Assembly (NCBI GenBank): GCA_964600055.1
Contig: CAZRID010000003.1
Location: 1-37,268, forward strand
Source: an uncultured Acidimicrobiaceae bacterium
GTDB lineage: Bacteria > Actinomycetota > Acidimicrobiia > Spongiisociales > ZC4RG35
Reading direction: 5' to 3'
DNA length: 37,268 nucleotides
Shown: piece after piece, positions 15,945 to 22,876 of the stretch
How the letters are laid out: every line of letters starts with the position of its first letter
How positions within the stretch are numbered: the first letter of the stretch is position 1
Translations under genes and position numbers: made by a program
Notes under the pieces: model-generated
Database searches by the model: none
What the model was told of the DNA's origin: nothing
Seen by the model: only the letters and a program-made list of their open reading frames with translations

Positions 15945-17750
15945 GTGAGCAGGCCTGGTTGGCTTGGCAAAGACGAGATCGGCGGCGTGCCCAGCCAGGC
16001 GCGCCCGGACCGAAGCCCCCCGCCCCACTGGCGCATGGATTCGGTCTACGCCATCGCCCGGCCTCACCACCTTGCGGCCTCACCCGACGGATCGACCGTG
16101 GCCTTTGTGCTCGACATCGAAGGAGCCACCGACCTCTGGACGCTGGACGTCGAGTCGGGGTCCCTGACCCGTCTCACCACAGGTCGGAACCCGGTCACCT
16201 ACTGGGAGGACACCGCCCCGGTGTGGTCGCCCGACGGCAGCAGGCTTGCGTACAACGGCCAGGGATATGTCTGTGTGGTGCCGGCATCTGGCGGCCCTCC
16301 GACCCCGGTCATCCCCGGTTCGGCAGGGGTCTGGCTCGACGACAAGCGCATGGTGGTGGCAGTCGGGCGTGATCGCACCTCCCGCTTGGCGGTGCTGGAT
16401 ATCGACGAACCCTGGCCGGCCCCCTTCGGCCCGAAGGGAGGAGACGTGGGACGGGCTCGCATGCTGCCCGACGGTCGTGTGGCAGCGGTGTTCTGGCCAA
16501 AGGATGACCGCAGTCGAAGTGACATCGTTGTCGCCGACCCGGCCGGGGATTGGGTGACGCTCGTTGGGCATCCGGATCGGCGCGCCGACACACCGGTCGT
16601 CTCCGGGAACCAGATCTATTACACACTCGAGCAGGGGCAATGGTCAGGGGTGTTCACCTGTGATCTCGACGGGACGAACCATCGGCAGCTGGCATCCGGG
16701 GAGCACGACTTCTCCGACCTGACCTCCGACCCAACGCGGGACGGTGTGGTCGCCATCACCACGTCACGAGGAAGATCAGACTTGGTTCGGATAGGCATCG
16801 ATGGGCAGATCGAGATCGTGGCGGAAGGAGGCACGTGGCAGACTCCGGTGTCGGTCGGTGGCGGGATCGCGGCCGTCCACGAAGCAGCAGACGCCCCGCC
16901 GCGGGTGGTCCTGGTGGGTGACGACGCTTCCGAAACCACCCTGTTCGACGGCTCGCCCGCCCCGGTGAGGGCGGCCCCCCATTCGAAGCTGGAGAGGGTG
17001 AGCTATCAGTCACTGGACGGGCTGGAGATCGAGGGGTTCCTGCTGCGACCGGCAGATGTCACCCGACCGGTCCCTGCGATAGTCCACGCCCACGGGGGGC
17101 CCACCGCCCACTACGGAGACGAGTGGGACGGTCACGCCCAATACTTCGTTGACAAGGGCTACGCCTGGTTTGGCATCAACTTCCGGGGCTCCACCTCCTA
17201 CGGGCTGGAGTTCGAGCGTGCCAATCACGGCCAGTGGGCGATCGGAGACGTGGATGACTGCGTCGCCGCCGCCCACCATCTCGGCTCTCTCGGCTGGGTC
17301 GACGCCAACAGGATCGCTGTCTATGGCCCCAGCTATGGCTCCTACCTCGCGGTGGCCGCCCTGGTCCGCAAGGACAACCCCTTCGTCTGCGCTGTCGCCA
17401 GATCCGGCGACAGCGACCTACTCACCTCGTGGGCACAGGGGGAACGGGAGGGGACCGAAGACCTCGAGCGAATGATGGGTCACCCGTCCCTGAACCGAGA
17501 GGCCTACCTGAAAGGCTCGCCGATCCATGAGATCGGGCGAATCAACCGGCCGATCCTGGTTGTCCACGGGGAGAGGGACCCGGTGGTCCCGCCGTCGCAA
17601 TCCGAGCATCTGGTTGACGCCCTGGATCAAATCGGCGCCACATATGAGTACATCACGTACCCGCTCGAGGGACACGGGCTCCTGAGGCGCGACTCACATC
17701 TGCACTTCTATCGTCGGATGGAGCAATTCCTCGACTGGTACTTGATGTGA
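15945..17750 (+). CDS. S9 family serine peptidase (beta-propeller N-domain plus prolyl oligopeptidase-type alpha/beta hydrolase)
   Basis: ORF track gives 601 aa. It has repeated SPDGS/TolB-like blades, the nucleophile elbow YGPSYGSY, Asp in VHGERDPVVP and His in LEGHGL. The start is uncertain: GTG 15945 or ATG 16035 (MDSVYAIARP). Confidence 0.88.
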   Translation: MSRPGWLGKDEIGGVPSQARPDRSPPPHWRMDSVYAIARPHHLAASPDGSTVAFVLDIEGATDLWTLDVESGSLTRLTTGRNPVTYWEDTAPVWSPDGSRLAYNGQGYVCVVPASGGPPTPVIPGSAGVWLDDKRMVVAVGRDRTSRLAVLDIDEPWPAPFGPKGGDVGRARMLPDGRVAAVFWPKDDRSRSDIVVADPAGDWVTLVGHPDRRADTPVVSGNQIYYTLEQGQWSGVFTCDLDGTNHRQLASGEHDFSDLTSDPTRDGVVAITTSRGRSDLVRIGIDGQIEIVAEGGTWQTPVSVGGGIAAVHEAADAPPRVVLVGDDASETTLFDGSPAPVRAAPHSKLERVSYQSLDGLEIEGFLLRPADVTRPVPAIVHAHGGPTAHYGDEWDGHAQYFVDKGYAWFGINFRGSTSYGLEFERANHGQWAIGDVDDCVAAAHHLGSLGWVDANRIAVYGPSYGSYLAVAALVRKDNPFVCAVARSGDSDLLTSWAQGEREGTEDLERMMGHPSLNREAYLKGSPIHEIGRINRPILVVHGERDPVVPPSQSEHLVDALDQIGATYEYITYPLEGHGLLRRDSHLHFYRRMEQFLDWYLM

Positions 17751-17896
17751 GAAGGGCTGCGGTGCCCGTAGCCGTCTTGCTGGTGGCCGCATGCAGTGGG
17801 CTCTGTGCTCGAGGTGTCGACGACACGGGCCTATGCCTCTGACCTGACCTGCCGGCGCCAATCCTCAAGATTGCCCGGTCCGTTGCCGATTTTCCC

Positions 17897-19363
17897 ATGG
17901 TGAATCCGGAAAAATCCGCTTCGGCGCGCCGCCCCTCGAGTTGGTGGCTCGTGCTTGCCGGGATCTGTGCCGCGCTCACCGCGGCTGCCGCGATAGCAGC
18001 CATCGTCGTGCAACGAGACTCGGCGGTCCCGATAGGTGAAGGCGAGGTGTTCGTCGCCGACTCCACCCTTGCCGCCGGGGTCATCTCGACTACAGCAGAC
18101 CTCGACTCGGGGGTGAGACAGGTCCGCAACACCCTGGAGATCGAGGCGGTCTCCGTGCTGAACACGGAGGGCGTCATCGTCGCTTCGACGTCGGACCCGC
18201 TCGTCGGCGGGCCGGCTGAGAATCAGCTCATCGCCTTTGGGGCCAGTGATCGCCGTTTCATGGCTCTGGCCACCGCCATCGACGAGGACCTATGGCTAGA
18301 CGGGGTGGTCGAATGGCCGGCAGGAAGTGTCCTCTACCAGGTGGTTTCCCCACTGGAGGACAGTCCAAACTCGGTCATGCTCCACTACGACGTCTCACAA
18401 CTTCTAGGTCGCAGAACGCAGCCCGGTGCGATTCAGCCCGATGCAGTCCAATTGCTCGGCCTGGCCACAATCTTCGCCGTCTTCGGTGCAGCCATCCTCG
18501 TCGGGCATTCGAGAGTCGTCCGTCGGTATCGCGAGGTTGCATTGGAATCGAACTTCCTGCGCAGCCATTCAATGGAACTGGAGGCGGCCAACGAGAGCCT
18601 CGACCAGGCGCGGCATCAGGCCGAGGAAGCGCTCGTCCTCGCCGAGGAGAAGATCAGGATCCGGTCCGAGTTCGTGCTGATGATCAACCACGAGCTGAGA
18701 ACACCTCTCACCAGCGTGGTCACCGGAGCCGAACTGCTCCGTTCCACCGAGCTGTCAGACCCCGATCGTTCGGTGGTCCTCGACTCGATGGTCGCCGACG
18801 GCGCGAGATTGCAGGAAATCATCGACCAGATCCTCGCCGTGGCTCGCATCGAGAATCGCGGGCTGTCCTACGAGCTGACCGATGTCCCTCTCAACGAGGT
18901 TTGCGCGGCCGTGGCCTCGGCCCATCCCGCAGCTGCACCTATCGTGCCCGCCGGGCCCCATCCCGATCTGGCTGTGAAGACCGATGTGGGAGCACTGGGG
19001 CTCGTGGTCGCCTCTCTGGTCGACAATGCGCTCACCCACGGCGCCTCCTCGATCTCGGTGGGTTGTTCTGCGACAACCCAGATCGTGGCACAGCTCGAAG
19101 TCGGTCGGCGGCCCGAGGAGGCGGTGTTCATCACCATCACCGACGACGGCCCCGGCATCGACCGCACCTTCCTGCCCAGGATCTTCGAGAAGTTCGAGAA
19201 GTCCAGCTTCAGCTCGGGAACCGGGCTTGGCCTCTACATGGCGCGGATGATCATCGAGGCCTTAGAAGGGTCGCTCTCGGTGCAGACCTCCCCGGCCGGT
19301 TCGACCTTCCAGATATCGATCCCGGTCGTGACCGCACGTCAACCGGTGGGTGCCGGTACGTGA
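17897..19363 (+). CDS. Sensor histidine kinase (classical HisKA/HATPase_c, TM - extracytoplasmic domain - TM)
   Basis: ORF track gives 488 aa. H-box MINHELRTPLTSV, N-box LVDNALTHG, G1 DDGPGI, G2 GTGLGLYMAR. The two TM segments are WWLVLAGICAALTAAAAIAAIVV and LLGLATIFAVFGAAILVG. Confidence 0.92.
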   Translation: MVNPEKSASARRPSSWWLVLAGICAALTAAAAIAAIVVQRDSAVPIGEGEVFVADSTLAAGVISTTADLDSGVRQVRNTLEIEAVSVLNTEGVIVASTSDPLVGGPAENQLIAFGASDRRFMALATAIDEDLWLDGVVEWPAGSVLYQVVSPLEDSPNSVMLHYDVSQLLGRRTQPGAIQPDAVQLLGLATIFAVFGAAILVGHSRVVRRYREVALESNFLRSHSMELEAANESLDQARHQAEEALVLAEEKIRIRSEFVLMINHELRTPLTSVVTGAELLRSTELSDPDRSVVLDSMVADGARLQEIIDQILAVARIENRGLSYELTDVPLNEVCAAVASAHPAAAPIVPAGPHPDLAVKTDVGALGLVVASLVDNALTHGASSISVGCSATTQIVAQLEVGRRPEEAVFITITDDGPGIDRTFLPRIFEKFEKSSFSSGTGLGLYMARMIIEALEGSLSVQTSPAGSTFQISIPVVTARQPVGAGT

Positions 19364-19761
19364 GAACCGTCGACACTCCCGGTTCCCGGGCATGGCGCCG
19401 TCTGGCGACCGTGGCCCTGATCCTGATCGCGGCCTGCTCAACCCAGACAGCACCCGGCGCCGCCGACTATGTCCTGAGAGAGAGTGCGATAGACGGGCCG
19501 AGCAGTCTGACCGGTTCGAGTGAAACCACGCTTCATGTCAGCAACACCGGTGAGTACTCGCACACCCTGATCGTGACCGATGAGGACGGCGAGGTGATGG
19601 GTGCCACCGGTCTGGTGGAATCAGGCGATGAGACCACACTCGAGGTCGACCTCGAGGCCGGGACTTATGTCTTCAGCTGTCGCATCGTCGCCGAAGACGA
19701 CGAAGGCAACCTGAGAGACCACTACGAAGAGGGCATGCATCGCACGGTGGTAGTTGGGTAG
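19360..19761 (+). CDS. Cupredoxin-like lipoprotein (133 aa)
   Basis: This is the tail of track ORF 18292..19761, starting from GTG 19360, which overlaps the kinase stop (GTGA). Lipobox: ALILIAAC. Candidate His/Cys/His/Met ligand contexts: YSHTLIV, YVFSCRIV, DHYEEGMH. Confidence 0.65.
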   Translation: MRTVDTPGSRAWRRLATVALILIAACSTQTAPGAADYVLRESAIDGPSSLTGSSETTLHVSNTGEYSHTLIVTDEDGEVMGATGLVESGDETTLEVDLEAGTYVFSCRIVAEDDEGNLRDHYEEGMHRTVVVG

Positions 19762-19840
19762 TGGGCCTGGTCCTGGTCCCCCCCTCGACCGCACTTCGTT
19801 GGCGGTCGGTCCCCCCGCTTCGCAAGGGGACAAACTCATC

Positions 19841-19870
19841 GGCCGACCGGCGTCTGTCTGGCCGAGACCG
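19841..19870 (+). repeat. Partial (head-only) copy of the REP/MITE-like repeat
   Basis: ggccGACCGGCGTCTGTcTGgCCGAGACc matches the 5' arm of the full units. Confidence 0.55.
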
Positions 19871-19890
19871 AGCAGGGCCCCGCTGCGCGG

Positions 19891-19990
19891 CCGAAGCTCC
19901 GAGCGACCGGCGTCTGTTTGCCCGAGACTGCGCACACGCGTCACGTCAAACCCGTTGCGTGCTGAGGGTTGGTCTCGAGCAGAGTCCGCC
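19891..19990 (+). repeat. REP/MITE-like hairpin-forming repeat, copy B1
   Basis: ccgaagctccgagcGACCGGCGTCTGTTTGCCCGAGACtgcgcacacgcgtcacgtcaaacccgttgcgtGCTGAGGGTTGGTCTCGaGCAgAGTCcGCCgG. Confidence 0.7.
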
Positions 19991-20016
19991 GGTATCAAGG
20001 CATACGTCCAACGAGG

Positions 20017-20118
20017 CGGAAGCTCCAACCGGCGTCTGTTTGCCCGAGACTGTGCAACACGCGTCACGTTGAACCTTCGAGTGCTGAGGGCTGGTCTCGG
20101 GCAAAGTCGCCCGGCAAT
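20017..20118 (+). repeat. REP/MITE-like hairpin-forming repeat, copy B2
   Basis: cggaagctccaACCGGCGTCTGTTTGCCCGAGACtgtgcaacacgcgtcacgttgaaccttcgagtGCTGAGGGCTGGTCTCGGGCAAAGTCGCCCGGCAA. The 12-bp inverted repeat is perfect. The unit ends 3 nt before the SDR stop codon. Confidence 0.7.
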
Positions 20119-20120
20119 AT

Positions 20121-20909
20121 TCAGGCCCCGATCATGTTGTAGCCACCGTCGGCGATGAGGTAGTTGCCGATCATGTGGGCGGCTTCGTCGGTGGCTAGGA
20201 AGAGGGCGGCGGCGGCCAGGTCTTGCGGTGGTGGGATCCGGCCCGCCGGGGTGGCAGCGATCAGCTTCTCCCTGCGACCTGTGTTCCAGTCTTCTCGGGC
20301 CAGGGTTGCGGCCGTCTCCATAAACCCGGGGGCAAAGGCATTGACCCGCACCGTCGGAGCGAAGGCGTTGGCGTAGGACTTGGTCAGCCCGAGCACTCCG
20401 TACTTCCCGGCGGCGTACTGGGGAGCCCGGGGGCTGCCCCGCACGATCACAGTCGAGCCGATGTTGATGATCGAGCCCGACCCCTGTTCGAGCATGCGGG
20501 TCCCGAACTCGTGATGCATGTAGAGGGTGCCCTTGATGTCGACGTCAAGGACCCGGTCGATGATCTCCTGGGTGATGTCGCGCCACGACATCTGCTCGGT
20601 GGCCACGTCACCCACGTTGTTCACCAGGACGTCGAGACCGCCGAACTCATCGAAGACGCCATCGGCCATGGCCCGCACCGCATCCCATGAGCTGATGTCG
20701 GCCTGGAAGACGGTGGCCTCGCCGCCGATGCCTCTCACCCTGTCGGCGGTGGCCTCCGCCCCGGCCTGAGATCGGTTGTAGTGGACCCCGACCCGGGCTC
20801 CCTCCTGTGCGGCGCGAAAAGCAATCGCACTCCCAAAACCGGTCCCGGCCCCGCTGACAAGGACGCTCTTGCCCTCAAAACGCTTGTAGATGGGGGATTT
20901 CTCTGTCAT
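20121..20909 (-). CDS. Short-chain dehydrogenase/reductase (SDR, FabG-like)
   Basis: ORF track gives 262 aa. Motifs present: VSGAGTGFGSAIA, LVNNVG, and the catalytic YAAGK. Confidence 0.9.
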   Translation of the reverse strand: MTEKSPIYKRFEGKSVLVSGAGTGFGSAIAFRAAQEGARVGVHYNRSQAGAEATADRVRGIGGEATVFQADISSWDAVRAMADGVFDEFGGLDVLVNNVGDVATEQMSWRDITQEIIDRVLDVDIKGTLYMHHEFGTRMLEQGSGSIINIGSTVIVRGSPRAPQYAAGKYGVLGLTKSYANAFAPTVRVNAFAPGFMETAATLAREDWNTGRREKLIAATPAGRIPPPQDLAAAALFLATDEAAHMIGNYLIADGGYNMIGA

Positions 20910-20990
20910 TTACCCTTCTCCCGGTCAGACCCTGCCTCGGGGGTTTTTCGCGATTGTCACGAAATCCATCGATGCTGCTTGCGACGATAG

Positions 20991-21008
20991 TTGATCAATG
21001 ATAATTTC
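20991..21008 (+). promoter_or_regulatory. AT-rich promoter/operator element, site 1 (TTGATCAATGATAATTTC)
   Basis: It lies in the divergent gap between the SDR (minus) and the SBP gene (plus), 27 nt before the TTG start. It is identical over 18 nt to site 2. The core is ATCAATGATAA and it contains the -10-like hexamer GATAAT. Confidence 0.55.
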
Positions 21009-21034
21009 GAGCCGGATCGAGGAGGAGGTACATC

Positions 21035-22780
21035 TTGCGATCTGAACACCCCTCACGTTTGAGGGTGTTGGCGGTGTTGCTCTGTCTGGCAATGGTCGCG
21101 GCGGCGTGCACGTCGGGCGAGACCGTTGACAGCACGACGACGGCACCGACCGACGACAATGGAGCCACCACGACGGCCGCGCCAGAAGACGGGGAAGGCG
21201 ACGGGGAAGGCGAAGAGGTAACCCGTCTCGTCTTCGGGGTCCCACCACCACCTGACGGTGAGTCGAACAACCCGAATCGTGAGATCCAGCCCAACGACGA
21301 GTATCAGCTCAAGCCGATGTACGAGAACCTGGTCGGGGTCGATCCCGAGAACGCCCAGTGGATCCCGATGCTGGCGGAGAGCTGGGAGCTCAACGAAGCC
21401 GGCGACCAACTCACCTTCCATTTGCGACAGGGAGTCCAGTTCCACAACGACTTCGGTGAGATGACAGCCGAAGACGTCGTCTTCTCGCTGACCGATCTCA
21501 TCGACCCGCCCGGGGCCATCTCCGGGGTGGCCGAAGCAGTGAGGAACGCTGTCGAGGAGTTCGAGATCGTCGACGACTACACGGTGATCTTCCACATCAC
21601 CGAAGGCGGGCTCAGCTTCTCCTTCTTCGAAGGCATCAGCTACGGCGCCGCCGGCACCGCGATCAAGAGCGCAGCGGATTGGGAGTCACGGGGCGGTGGA
21701 TCGCCCGCCTCGCCAACCCTGGACGAGGCCCCGATCGCAGGCACCGGCCCCTATCAGTTCCTCGAGCGGACCCCGGGCCAGAACGTCGTGTTCGAACGGG
21801 TCCCCGACGAGCATTGGCGGCAGGACGCCCAGTTCCAGGAGCTCGAGTACCGGTACATCCCCGAGGAGGCCACGCGGCTCTCCGCCCTCCTGGCGGGTGA
21901 GATCCAAATGACCGATCTCGCCATCGAACTCGGCGACGAGGCCGAGTCCCAGGGGATGGCGGTGATCAAGTCCACCCTGCCGGGCCGTCGCTACGGTCTG
22001 GCCCTGGAGGGGTGCTACTACGTGGAGCCGCCCCAGCCGGGTGCGTTGGCTGCCGACGTGTTCGTCAGCGGAGAGCGAAAGTTCCCGGACAGCCCGTGGT
22101 GCAACGAGGACATCCGTCGTGCTGCCTCGAAGGCCATCGACCGTGACGCCCTGAACGAGGCGTTCTACGGAGGAGAGGCCGAGACCGCGTTCACGTGGTA
22201 TTGGCTGCCGGAGCAGACCGAGTCCTGGAACCCGGACTGGGAGACCAGGTACGCCGAGGAAATCGGGTACGACCCCGAAGGGGCGAGTGCTCTCCTCGAA
22301 GGCGTCGGCGGAGAGGTCAGCATCCAGGTCTTCGCCAAGAACGACCTGAGCGAGGCGGTGGCCGTGATGCTCGAAGACGTCGGCTTCACCGTCGAGTTGG
22401 TCTCCATGGACGACGGCCAGTTCTCATCACAGCGCGAAGCGCGAGAGTTCGACCGGATGGTCGAGTTCGACGACACTGCGAGCGAGAACATCACCGGGTT
22501 CGAGCCGGCCGGCTATGGCAACCAGGACTCTGGTCGTGCCATCGAAACGGTCGAATGGGATACCCAGTACGAGGGAGTGCTGGTCGAGCTGGAGCCGGAG
22601 GCGCAGTCGGCGTTGTGGCTCGAGTTTGGGAATGTCATCTATGACAACATCCCCCAAATCCCGCTGCTCCGCACCTACAGCGAGACCGTGGTCAACCCTG
22701 ACGTGGTCTGTGGCTACCTGAACCCGGGGGCAAACATGAGCGCTCCCTACTCCTTCACCGAGTACATCGAGTCCTGCTGA
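21035..22780 (+). CDS. ABC transporter substrate-binding lipoprotein, family 5 (peptide/opine/nickel type)
   Basis: ORF track gives 581 aa. TTG start with a GAGGAGGAGG RBS 6 nt upstream. Lipobox: LCLAMVAAAC. The SBP_bac_5 hallmark is FHLRQGVQFHNDFGEMTAEDVVFS. Confidence 0.9.
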   Translation: MRSEHPSRLRVLAVLLCLAMVAAACTSGETVDSTTTAPTDDNGATTTAAPEDGEGDGEGEEVTRLVFGVPPPPDGESNNPNREIQPNDEYQLKPMYENLVGVDPENAQWIPMLAESWELNEAGDQLTFHLRQGVQFHNDFGEMTAEDVVFSLTDLIDPPGAISGVAEAVRNAVEEFEIVDDYTVIFHITEGGLSFSFFEGISYGAAGTAIKSAADWESRGGGSPASPTLDEAPIAGTGPYQFLERTPGQNVVFERVPDEHWRQDAQFQELEYRYIPEEATRLSALLAGEIQMTDLAIELGDEAESQGMAVIKSTLPGRRYGLALEGCYYVEPPQPGALAADVFVSGERKFPDSPWCNEDIRRAASKAIDRDALNEAFYGGEAETAFTWYWLPEQTESWNPDWETRYAEEIGYDPEGASALLEGVGGEVSIQVFAKNDLSEAVAVMLEDVGFTVELVSMDDGQFSSQREAREFDRMVEFDDTASENITGFEPAGYGNQDSGRAIETVEWDTQYEGVLVELEPEAQSALWLEFGNVIYDNIPQIPLLRTYSETVVNPDVVCGYLNPGANMSAPYSFTEYIESC

Positions 22781-22785
22781 GCCCC

Positions 22786-22835
22786 GGAAGACCTGTCGGC
22801 GTTGTCATCCCCAAGACGAAGCCGGCAGGTCTTCC
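22786..22835 (+). terminator. Intercistronic stem-loop after the SBP gene; a partial terminator or mRNA-stabilising hairpin
   Basis: ggaagacctg(tcggc)...(gccgg)caggtcttcc: a perfect outer 10-bp stem, followed by tcttcccc. Confidence 0.45.
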
Positions 22836-22876
22836 TCTTCCCCAAACCCCTCAACGACACCAGGAGGTGATCCTCT

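Noticed and set aside
18292-19359. Track ORF 18292..19761 (489 aa), which overlaps the histidine kinase in another frame
   Set aside because: The first roughly 355 codons are Arg/Gly/Pro-rich nonsense overlapping the clear kinase frame. Only the tail, from GTG 19360, is kept as the lipoprotein, since it has a lipobox and cupredoxin-like motifs.
19754-20158. ORFs 19754..20158 (+), 19761..20072 (+) and 19621..20067 (-), which span the repeat region, and the question of whether the repeats are a CRISPR array
   Set aside because: The ORFs are translations of the repeat units (RPASV.PR... recurs) and have no start context. It is not a CRISPR array: the units are about 100 bp with internal inverted repeats, the conserved parts are the termini rather than short regular repeats with unique spacers, and there are no cas genes.
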